A DNA stretch of 63,957 bases, filler included, from Elsinoe ampelina (taxonomy: Eukaryota): NCBI GenBank assembly GCA_010093995.1. It is 5 parts of 4 records of this genome, joined end to end, with 100 filler letters (N's around TTAATTAATTAA, not from the genome) between each part and the next. Parts side by side here need not be neighbours in the genome. Positions count along the whole stretch, not along the records: positions 10,755 to 41,194 come from ML992515.1; 4 more parts are not named here. One strand, written 5' to 3'. This document shows positions 27,100 to 38,700 of this stretch, piece by piece; within the stretch, counting starts at the first letter, position 1; every line of letters starts with the position of its first letter. The notes under the pieces were generated by a model. The model did no database searches. It was given only the letters and a program-made list of their open reading frames with translations, and had not been told where the DNA came from. The position numbers and the translations under genes are program-made.

Positions 27100-29150
27100 A
27101 AGAAGAGTAATAACATCGACCGACATTATAGTAGGGGCTATAGACACTCCTTAGACTTTGTACCCCGAGCCGAAGTAGTAGATAAGTATATAGCTAGCAC
27201 TACGCTAGATTAGAAATATAAGGCCTTTATATTATTATCCCTAAGATTATAGAATAGAAAGCCTATAGTTAGAAGACTAAGAGGTAGTAAGGGATTATTT
27301 GTGCGTATAACTCTATAGCGCTAGCGGTAGCTATAGTAGTTAGTTCGACTTAGTTAGTCTAGTTTAGTTGTTACTAATAAGAGAGCTATATCTACGATAA
27401 CTTAAGAGAATCCCGAATAGCTAAGCTATTAGGATTAGCAAGAGCAATAAAGTCGTTATTGTCAATTGTAGAGAGAAGTCTATAGTAAGCTACGTAGGCA
27501 TTATTAGAGTAGCTATATCGAAGTAAACTTACTTCGAGAAAGCTACGCTAGTTAGTTCGTAACTAGGAATAGTATATAGTCCTATAACAAGTAGAGTACT
27601 AGTGCTTCTACCTTAATAGTATAACTTTGCTTAACACGAAGTTAGTATATAGATCTAATTATTATAGTAGGCTTCTAATAGTGCCTTAGAGAATATAACA
27701 TTCGCTAGCGTAGATGTAATAATAGCGTTTATGCTTAAGCTAACTATACTATCCTATTAGCTAAAGAAGTAGGTTAACTATAGCTATAATACACCGACGA
27801 TAATATAGAAGGTTATATAAGACAATATAGCAAAGCGGACAAACTAAAAGCGTAGTTGTTTAAACTAATAGAGGAGTAATAGTAAATTATTAGTTTATCC
27901 TTGTTAAGATTAGTTAAGGGAACGCCTGCAATTTTTACCTAAAAAGCGCTAGTTTTAGTTTAGTAAACTAATCGACTTTCCCTAATAGATTAACTATAGG
28001 CATAAACGACCTAACGTTATATAGCCGAGGCATCTTCGTATACTGCTATTACTATTTTTTTGTAGAGGCTATTTATAACTAACTTATTATAATACTAGTA
28101 ACAAGTTAAGACACGAGATAGTAAGAGCTATAAATCGTTTACTAGCTAAAATTATTATGCCTACGTAGCACTCTCTGTTTTATAATTACTATAAAAGCCT
28201 CTACTAAGGACAATAGCGTAACAATAGCTAATTAAGTATAGTATTTAACATTGTCCTTAAGTAAGGAATAGCTAACAAACTCTATCGCCTAGATATATTA
28301 GAGTAAACTCTATCTTAATATGTCTAGTACTATAGCGTAGATACAATTTTAGCTTTAGTCCGCTAACGCTATATAATAGCTTAGTCCTATTAGCTCTACT
28401 ACGAATTATAGTAAATAAGAACTAAACTAAGTAACGAGGTAGAAATAATAGCCTATAGCTAGCGTAGAGTGTCCTTCCCCCTTTGCCTACTATATAGTAT
28501 AGCATAGCGGATAATCCTCTTAGTCTCTTTACTAACCTTAACTCTCGACCTCTAGTATATAGAACAGATAGTAATAGTAATAGTAGGCTCGATAGCGACG
28601 TACACGAGGAAGAGAAGGGCATAGACAAAGTTATAATAGAAGACATATATAAGGAAGAGTAAGTAATTACAGTAAGTATAACTAGTAGTACGTCTATAGA
28701 GTAAAGTACTAGGAGGTTGTCCTTATCTAGTAGAGCTATATCTAATTATACTACGTTCGAGATAGTAACTAGTATACTAGCTAGCAGCGAGGAGTTAGTA
28801 ATAGACATAGTTTATCCTTAGTTTACGTTAACTAATCTTATCTAGATCTCTCTAAGTCTATAACATATCCTTTGCCCCGAGCGATTAATAAGATATAGCT
28901 TAGCTAGGGACCCTCGGCTCGGCGCTCTAATATTTAATAAAAGGTAAGCTACTAACTTAGATAGATAATTTTAATTTAAGTTAGGTCGTTATAGTAGAAG
29001 CGCCTTCTAGTAGGATATACTCGCTAGCCTCTATATAATATTCTAACAAATCTACTTCTACCTATGTAAGGGTACTAAAGATATATCTAAGTTATATATG
29101 CGAAGGCTATAGTAGTCTAACTAACAGTAAAATAGTGTTTACTAGTAGGA
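27100..29150 (+). pseudogene. RIP'd long gene remnant, unknown product
   Basis: Extended coding-like frames (YTDDNIEGYIRQYSKADKLKA*LFKLIEE...), an acidic stretch at ~28570-28660 and an intron-like GTAAGC..CTAAC..TTAG at ~28943-28984. Boundaries approximate. Confidence 0.4.
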
Positions 29151-29231
29151 AGCTTACTTAGCTTAAATTTAGTAGTGTAAATTGTCGCTTTACTCTATCT
29201 CTAGCATGTTATATATAGCGGTAGTAGAGAG

Positions 29232-29531
29232 TAGCTAGCAGGGGACAGCTAGTAGTTTATTATGTCGAACTAATAATTTCTTAGTTCTCTCTCTCGAAGT
29301 TTAAAGATGACCTAAAATTTCGACCTAACTATAGCTAGCAGGGGATAGCTAGTAGTTTATCGCGTCGAACTAATAATTTCTTAGTTCTCTCTCTTGAAGT
29401 TTAAAGATAACCTAAAATTTCAACCTAACTACGGCTAGTAGGGGATAGCTAGTAGTTTATTACATCGAACTAACAATTTCTTAGTCCTCTCTCTCGAAGT
29501 TTAAGGATGACCTAAAATTTCGACCTAACTA
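29232..29531. repeat. Tandem repeat, 3 x 100 bp
   Basis: The unit tagctagcaggggacagctagtagtttat...cctaaaatttcgacctaacta starts at 29232, 29332 and 29432. Copies differ by transitions. Confidence 0.92.
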
Positions 29532-29658
29532 GATTAAGCACTCCTCGGAACTTAATTATATAATGCTATTTAATTATGTTCTTCTCTAAAGTTAAGTATT
29601 GTATATTTAGAGACTTATAATCTTTATAGCATTATAAACGCGTTATAAACCCTGTTTA

Positions 29659-30457
29659 TAGCGACACAACTATATTATAGATACGATTTACTATAACACC
29701 TTAGTTCGCGCCCTCTACTTATACCGACCTAAACGTAGGCGTTAGCGTCTCTAGTATAACCTTTTCTCTCTTCTTTATCTAATCTCGATAATAGCTAGCT
29801 ATCTATTATAGTAGATCCCTCGCCTAGTATACTATAATTATCTATTACTATATATACGATAGCGACTCTAATATTTACTCCTACCTCGCTGTCGCTACTA
29901 CTTCTAATAGTATCCTCTACACCGGCTATATTATATTTATAGAATTAACTACTACTAGTATCTAGTAGTTACGCCGGAGTAAATCTATTGTAGTATACCT
30001 CTCTATCTTGCCTACTACGCCGCTATAGGCTTAAGGGTGTATAAGGAGACTCTAATATCTCTTTCTCTCTCCCCGCTACTACTACCCTCTATAGCTTCCT
30101 TTACACTAGCTACGTATTATTAGTAGGACTAGCTACTGTCTCTATCTAGTAGCTACGACTAAGCAAATCTATTGCGGAGCATCTCCTAATCTTATAGATA
30201 GCGCTACTAGAGGTTCTAGCGTACGTAAAGAGAGTAGAGAAGCTAGCGTCCACCGGGGATTACCTACCTTATAGTATAAGAATGTTAAGGGGAGAATTAT
30301 AGAGGAATAACTAGTATAATAAAGAGAAAGAGATAGAGGAATATCGCGGGCAAAGATACGTCTACTACCTCCTACTAGATAGTAGCTTACTATAGAGAGC
30401 GTTATAGGCGGAGCTATACTAGTAGTGTCCTCTCTCGCTATTGCCTTTCTAGTAGAG
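29659..30457. repeat. ~800-bp direct repeat, copy 2
   Basis: Colinear with 22397-23195. Confidence 0.9.
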
Positions 30458-31356
30458 CTAGGCGAGGAATAAAGCGCATTTATAATTATATAGAATGTAC
30501 TATTAACTACCCGTTCCGTAGAATGTATAGCCTTTACTCTACTCTACTACTTAATTCCGCATATAGCAATTATAAAGTCTAGATAATTAGATAGTAGTAT
30601 ATTACTTTCTTTATTCCTTTACTAGTATCTATAAGCTATACTATACGCTATATATACTATGCCCTTTATTCCGCTATAGGCTACTAACTACCTTCTATTT
30701 ATGTTCTATTACTATTATCCTTTATATACGAATACTAGTTTCGCTATTAAAATATTATTTAATTATTTTACGTTAACTACTACTATATTCCCTCTATTTA
30801 TTAGACTATTATCCCTTAAGATCTACCCTAAACACGACAATAGTATCCTTAGTATATATAGCATATAAAATAAAAGGTAACTAAGTACACAGACTATAGT
30901 TACTCTTAGTTTAGTATCTAAACTAAGTAATCTACTATTACATGTACACTGTATCTAGTATACTACTACGTGCTTAGTTTAGGGCCCAACCTAAGTCGAC
31001 TAAATTTAGGTTACTCCTCTCCTTAATTGCTTTAGTTTACCTTTATTTATACTCTCTTATATATAAACAAATAACTTATATAGCTCTCTAGTATTTCTTT
31101 AACCTCTTTAACCTCTCTTTTAAGCGCTCTTTACTTAAATATCTCCTCTTTAGTTAAGTCTTAGTTAGGTATATATTATAAAGTACATAGACTCGCTACG
31201 TTAATAAATTCTTTTCTTAATTCTTCTAAACTTATAAATACGTAACACCTTTATAGAATCTCTTCTTCAATATCTACTATACCTACTTAACCTATTTACT
31301 AGATATTATTCTAAGCTTTATTTATAGCATATACTAAGCTTATAGACGTATGTAAT

Positions 31357-34300
31357 ATGTCTAAGAATTAGCCTAATAGCGCTAGTATAGCTACTAATAA
31401 CATTCTACTCTATAAAAGACCTCCTATAGAAATTTAAGTATAGCTTAATAAAAACCTTAAGATTAAGGGATTCTTCCTTAAATTTTTTAACTAGGACGAC
31501 GACTAGTACGCTACTACACGTATAAGAGCGTAGGAAGAATATAAGAATGCCTACATAGTTCTAGAACTTAAATATAAGGAACCTTAGGACAGCAACGTTA
31601 ATATAACTACGATTATAGACAACATCGAAACTTTCCTACGATACTCTTAGAATAACTATACAAAGATCTTCTTTTAAAGACTATACTATTAAGACTAAGA
31701 CTAGTTTAAGAGGAACGTTAGAAACTATAATAATATATCTAGTTATAATGTTATTAAAGATTTTGTCCTTACTATTAAGGCGTAAGAGCTTAGGAATAAG
31801 AAGAATTAGACTAAAGTAGACAAGAAGGCTTATCCTAAGAAGCATATTAGAAAGCACCCCTCCGCTACCTAGTCTAATAGTAGACTCTCCGAAAGATTAG
31901 AGACTTCTATACTTAGTAGCAGACTCGTAGGTATAGATATTAATTACTACACTAGTTAGCCTATACATTAGTAGTAAATGCTAGAGGACATGTCTTATCT
32001 AGTCTAGAGTATTATCGATAAAACTATTATTAACTTTATAATTATTAAGTAATTAGACATTAGCCTAGGTATAATTATAAAGAGAGAATATTTGCGTCGT
32101 CTATAGGCGTTTAGTCTAAGAATTTTAAGGTTATATCTAGGGAATTATAATTCGAACGTATATAGCCTTAATAACATTAAGCTATTCCTAAAGGAGAAGA
32201 AGTTAGTTAGTAATAACATTATCCTTATATAGATAGATTATATAGAGCTATATAACATCCTACCTATCTTAGATAACTATAACTTACGTGCTGCTATAAT
32301 TAACTATATTAACTCCCTAGTCGAAGGTAGTAATATAATCTTCGTCTATCTTACGCCTAGCACGGATCTAGTTAAGAAGCTCTCTAAAGAAGTACTTTAT
32401 AAGTTTAACACTTAGTTCGACTTAGGTGTATACTAATATACTTAGTTAACTCTCTTTAGTATTGTAATAGTTAGAAGCTATCGACTCTAGTCTAGGAGGA
32501 AGAGGAAGAAGAACCTCTAGCCCCTTTATCTCCGGCTAAGTGCCTACTACTATATAAACCTACCCCTAAGAAGCAACCTAGCCCTCTACTACCTAACGAG
32601 GATAATACTACTATTGACTATTGTTCTACTCGGGTAATAGAAGACAAATACTATAAGCAATACCGAGACAGCAATTAGTATCTCTTTATAATTATACCTA
32701 GTAAGAAGCAAGTAAGGTACTATATTCCGTTAGTCCCTAAGACACTATCTATATCTATTCTAGCGCTTATAACTTGCATATTTAATAAGACTCTTAGTAG
32801 CTCGGACTTTGTTAAACTTTATACTATAAACGATAATAAGAACAAGCAAACTAGTAATAATCTAGCTAACTAAAGCTTTATCCCTATAGGCACTAGAATT
32901 GATTACTAGTCCGAAGAGTTCTAGGAGAGAGTCTATAACTTTATAGGCTTTAAGAAAGACATCTACTTACCGAACGCTAGTATATAGTGTTTTAGTTAGA
33001 ATAAGAAGTATCTAGTCGAGGCAGTATAGATATACTTAGCGCTTGTTATACTTAAGAAATACCTTAAAGGCTACCTAGTATTTATATTTACATATAAGAT
33101 AGAATTTAAGAAGACTTCGATAGGACTCTTCTTTCTCTTACTAATTCGGAACTTAAATAAAAAGGTTATCTAGGATGCTAACTATGCTACTATACCTAAG
33201 GACAAATAGAGTAAGTACTAGAAGGCAAAGATACTAGTTAACGAGCTATAGCTAGATATTGCTTCTATAGATACTATTAGCTATAATCTAATTATTAGCG
33301 GATTAAATGTAATAAAATAGTAAGCGTAGAAGATATAGAAGTTTATACCTAATACAAAGGTCGTTCTATACTAGGGGAGAATATTCTAAGCTATATAAGA
33401 AGACAAGTATAGTGACATATATAATATAGACACTTTAATTCGCAAAGAGGATCTACCTATAGGCTACTGCTAATAGGAGTCTTAGCTAATAGATAAGTCT
33501 AGCGAGCCTATCGACACTATTATAGTCTTATAACTAGTCGATATACATAAGTAACACCCCTAGACCTTATAGATAAATAATTAGTTCTTCTTTACTACTT
33601 GTAACACTATAATCTACTACTTCCTTAGTAAGAATAACATAAATACTAAGGATTAGGACTTTGTTCCTAAGGGACAAGAGAGAAAGCCGGAGTCTACGCC
33701 TATAAACTAGGCTACTATTATCTTTAATAAGTTCTATTAGGTTACTAGCTAGAAGACATAGATCTAGTTTTATCTAGGAATACTACTAGGGAGGCCTTTT
33801 ATACTAGGTATAAGCGGGACGCTATTTGTTAAGTGCTTAAACATAGTAGCGTTCTTAATAGCGGCTATATATAAGGACTTTAGATTAGAAAAGCTTAATA
33901 TAAATAGAAGTAGAATAGAAGAATTTAACGAGAACTATATCTATAAATCTAGGTAGGAGCTAACTAAGGCTAAGAATAATAAATGTTAAGTAATACCGAA
34001 GATAACACTAGATAAGACTTAATAAGCTATCGCTAATAAGCTTAACTTCTAAATGGCATTAGACTATACCTTCGTAATTGACAAATAGTATAAGGCGAAT
34101 AACAACTCTAGTAAGTTTAACAAAAAGAAGAGTACGTAGTTTACGGAAGAGATTATAGTAATAGTTAGCAAATAGAGCACTATCCTTACGAATATTCTTA
34201 TTAAGATAAACGTAAACTATATCTAGAAACCTTTCGATACTACTCCCGGTCTACTAGCTATTAGAGTTCTACTATATTCTACCTTTAACCTAGAGATCGC

Positions 34301-34672
34301 TATTAAGGATAAGTATCTTTATAGTCTTATAAATATATAGAAGAAGATCGAACGGGATATAGATAAGAGTATATAAGAGACAATCGACAGGTAAAAGGAC
34401 AAATCTAATAAGCCTAAAGTGACATTAGAGACGATTCTTAATAAGAAGACTAAGGAGTAAATACTAAGCCTAGTTACGCCGCTACTACTTTTCTCTATAT
34501 TTCTCGCTCTTATAGATATATTCTAGAACGATCCTATAGTCGTAGAAGAGTTTAGCAACTTTACTATTAAGTTTACCTACGAAATTATATATAACTCCTC
34601 GGAGATAGCGCTATAGTAGTATATAGACAAGATTTACGCTAGTCCTTAGATAAAGGTCCTTTATAGTGTTAT
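31357..34672 (+). pseudogene. RIP'd SNF2-family (SF2) helicase gene, truncated by Gypsy B2 insertion
   Basis: One frame contains motif I FIFTYKIEFKKT (de-RIP FxFAHEMGFGKT, 33081-33116), motif II IFNKFY (de-RIP IFDEFH, 33720-33737) and motif III LGISGTL (de-RIP LGMSGTP, 33804-33824). These match SNF2 ADEMGLGKT / DEAH / LTGTP. A 47-bp intron lies at 32399-32445 with a RIP'd donor. Confidence 0.75.
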
Positions 34673-35137
34673 TGTTACGAACTGTCTAAACATAGCCTAT
34701 ATTAGTAGTCTAAGCTAAGCTAAGAACGAGGTAGTTCTACTTCTATAGTAGTATAGTACTAAGGTAAGAGTTAGAGAAGGTATGTCTTATAGATAATAAA
34801 GTACAATTAGATAGTATTATAAAGGCTAGCCTTAGTAATACTAGTGTTCGCTATCTAGACGAGGTTAACTATAGTACTTACATAAGGTAAGGACTATTCC
34901 TATATACATGTGTTCTTTACTATATACTCTATATGCTCTATATACTCCGTAGTAGCGCTACTAGAAAAGATAGAGTATACGTCTACTAGTAATTCTATAC
35001 GCTCTATAGTTTCTAGGGTAGAGCTACTAGAGAAGATAGAGAACTAAGTAATTGTCGAGCTAGGTTATATAATAACCTTAGTAGTTTAATTAGTCCTAAT
35101 ATCTCTACGCTCTAGCTTATCCTACTAGTTTGTAATA
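34673..35137 (-). repeat. 3' LTR of Gypsy B2 (465 bp)
   Basis: Termini tgttacgaac...gtttgtaata, PPT complement adjacent, homologous to 11494-11956. Confidence 0.9.
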
Positions 35138-35211
35138 TTACTCTTCTCCTTTAATCGAGTTGTCTTAACGAGTAAGTATTCTTCTCTATCTTTACGCGCT
35201 ATGTACTAAAC

Positions 35212-35760
35212 ATGCCTCCTAGTTGTTAAAGATATAGTAAATCTAGTATATCTACACGAAAGAATCTCTTAAAGTTTATTAAACTATTTAGAACTAATAT
35301 GCTATAGGCTTATTCTTGTTGTAAATCGAAGAGGCTAGACTACAAGGTCTATGTTCGGTCGGGTATCTATAGCTAGTATATTATAAGTAACTACTCGGGT
35401 TATAATATTTAAGTAACAAAATCGGAATAGTAACGTCTTTAGTCTAAGTATATTCGTTTACGAAAGGAATTAGTTATAGCTAAGGCTACTAGAAAGAAAG
35501 CTAAAGAAGCTTATAAAAAGGTAAAAGAGGCTTATTAAAGAGCTATAGGTAATAAGCTTTACCTACGCGAAGTAATATAGAAACTAGAGAATAAGGCGGA
35601 GAAAGTAATTTCCCTAGAGGAAACTCGTATTTAAGTTCTAGAGTAAGAGGAAATACTATCGTTAGTAAATCCTGTCCTACTATAGGATTAGTAATTATTT
35701 ATGCCTAACTCCGATTAGAGTTCCTTATTTAGCAACGATTAGGGTGCTTCTATTAGCTAA
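35212..35760 (+). pseudogene. Antisense Zn2Cys6-like/coiled-coil ORF of Gypsy B2 (RIP'd)
   Basis: ATG at 35212, colinear without indels with 12031-12579. Confidence 0.7.
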
Positions 35761-38700
35761 GTAGTCTTCCTTAGGCATTCTCGTTTTTGTTTAGTGTTAG
35801 TAGCGTCTAGCCTACCTAGTTAGTTTACTTAGGATAGGTTTTTAGTTTAGTAATCTAGGATTACTTACGAAGTAAGGTATTTCTCTAGTTCCTATATTAC
35901 CTTACTATACTAATGTCCTTTCTAGTAGATAAGATAGTAACGTTTTTCCCTTATGAATTTATAATGTAAAACCCTTTTAATCTTATATTATAGCTCCTAT
36001 GTTTCTTTATCTAGTTTAATAGGTCTAGGTACTACGTCCTATAGTACTTTCTCTAATAGTAATACATAAAAGACTAGGTAGATTCTTATATATCTAGGTA
36101 GTTCTAGTTTATATACGTTTTTGTTTTTCTTTTCTAGGATCTTAAAGAGTTCTAGTTTAGTGTAGTTAAGTTTCTTACTTAGTTGTTTCGTTTTAATGTT
36201 TTTACTAAGGAGATAAACCTTCTCTCTCTCCTATAGAATTAGTCCTATAATTCTCTTCTAGTTAGTAAATCCTACTATTCTTTGTAATATAAATGCTATA
36301 TCTTAGTATAGCTAGTTATATAACTTCTTAATGTTAGCTACTAGTCTATTTATATCCTTAGACATTAGCTTAATTCCGAGTATATCGTAGTATAGATTTA
36401 GGTATATTCTATAGTTTATATAGAATAGTAAAACTCTATTTGTTAACTTTCTATTATTAATACTAAGCTCTATAAGTAGTAATAGCGTTACCTATAAGTC
36501 TTACTTGTAGTTTAGGTAGTAGCGTAGGTACTACTCTAGTACTTAATTTGCCTATTTAGTTTGTCTATTCGTTTATAAGTAAAAGAAGGTTAATAGCTTA
36601 TATTTAACTCCTAGTAGGTCTATAAATAATTACTAGAATTATAACATAAATAGCTTATCCCTATTAGTTATTAGGTCTTATAGTACTCTATATTATAAAA
36701 CAATTATTTAGAGAAAGGCAAAGGCTATATCCTCGGTAGTTACTATTGTCTTATATAGTACAAAATAGTAATACTTTATAAACCTATCTACTAGGACTAG
36801 AATACTATTATACTTTACACCTATAAGGAGTTCTTCTAATAGTAGTAGAGGTTCTATAAAGTCTATCGTAACTAATTACTATAGTTTGTCCGGTAGTAGT
36901 AAGGGTTATAGTAGGCTATATAGTTTATATCGAGAGTGTTTAGACTTGTAGCATATATCGCATATAGTAATATACGTCTTAACATTGTTTCGGAGTCCTT
37001 TCTAGAGGTAGTTTTATGTGATAAGTTTAATAGTCTTATTAATCCCGCTATGTCCTATAGTTAAGTTATTATAGTATATTTAAATAACTTCTTTTTTCTG
37101 TTCTTACGTAAGCTCCTAGGTAAGGCTATATAACTACTCTACCTTCGGGTATTTATAGACTAAAGCGCCGTCCTACTACTTTAGCATAGAGGTCTCTATT
37201 ATTATTATGTTTTTTAAGTAATCCGGCCGGCGGCTAAGAGTGTCTACTCTACCGTTCTCTAATCCCTTAACATAGTAGATCTAGAAGTTATAGCTTATAA
37301 GTGTTTCTAACTATTAAACCTATTATCTATTAAGAACCTTAGTTATTGTCTAATATAGAAGGTTCTTATAGTCGGTATAGACTTATACGGGTAAGGTTGT
37401 CTCTTCTAGGTATACTCTCTATTCGTAGAACGCTTCTATAATTATAAGTAATTCCTTATTATATATGTCGTAGTTAAGTTTAGATCTAGTCATTTTTCGT
37501 AAGTAGTATACGATCGAGTAGTGTTATTCTTCTATATTCTTCTATACTAGACACGCTTCTATCGTAAAGTCTAAGGCATCTATTTCTAGTAGTACTTATT
37601 AGTCTAGGTTAAAGAGTGCTAGGACAGGTGCTATTATAAGTCTAAGCTTTAGCTCCTTAAAGGCCTACCTATATCTCTTATTAAAGATAAAGCTAGTTTC
37701 CTTTTTCGTAAGGTTAGATATTAGCGTAGCTACCTTAGAGAATCCTTTAACAAACTTATAGTAGTAGTTAAAGAACTCTAGTAGCGCTTAAACCTCCTTA
37801 ACTATTGTAGGTTCTAGCTAGTTATTTACTAACTTAATCTTCCTTAGATTAGGTCTAATACTATTAGTAGATATAACATAGTCTAGAAATTATATCTTGT
37901 ACTTATAGAACTTATACTTAGAGAGTTTTACTAGTAGGTCTTTCTCTTTTAGTTTTTATAGCACTTTATAAATATGTCTTACATGTTTGTTATACGTCTT
38001 TAAGAAAATAATAATATTATCTAAATATACTAAGATAAAGTTATTAAGGTATTCTTATAGAGTGTTATTAATTAACTCTTAAAAGGTTATAGAAGCATTA
38101 GTTAACTTAAAGAGTATAACGAGGTACTTATATAGACTCTATTATGTCCTAAAAGTCATTTTCTACTCCTTACTCTCCTTTATTTATACTTAATAATAGG
38201 CGTCTCTAATATTAATTATAGTAAACTATTTAGCTCTAAGTAGTTAGTCTTAAAGTTTATTAATCCTTAGTAGAGGATAGCGATTCTTCCTAGTAAGTAT
38301 ATTAAGTTTCTAGTAATTAATGTATATTTATAATATTCTATTCTTTTTTAGTGTAAAAAGCACTCCGTATGTAATAGGTAATTTTAATAGTTGTATAAAT
38401 CCTTTAAGTAAGTACTTATCGATGTAGTTCTTAAGGATATTCTTCTCTTGTTTCGATAGTAGTATAAGACCTTAATAGTATATCGGGAATTTACTCTCTT
38501 TAAAAGGTATTTTATAATTCTATAGTTTATATTAGAGTAAGGCTATAATGTCTTCTCTTTCTTTAAATAAGTTCTTAAAGTCTTTATATTCTAGCGGAAG
38601 TGCTTAATTACTTACGCTAGCGATAGCTCTAACTATTAGTTATACCTATACTATTCTTATAGTTAGTATCCGCGGAGCTAATTATGCTCTCTACGTCCTA

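Noticed and set aside
29232..29531. CRISPR-like array
   Set aside because: Head-to-tail 100-bp units without unique spacers, in a eukaryotic context with no cas genes.
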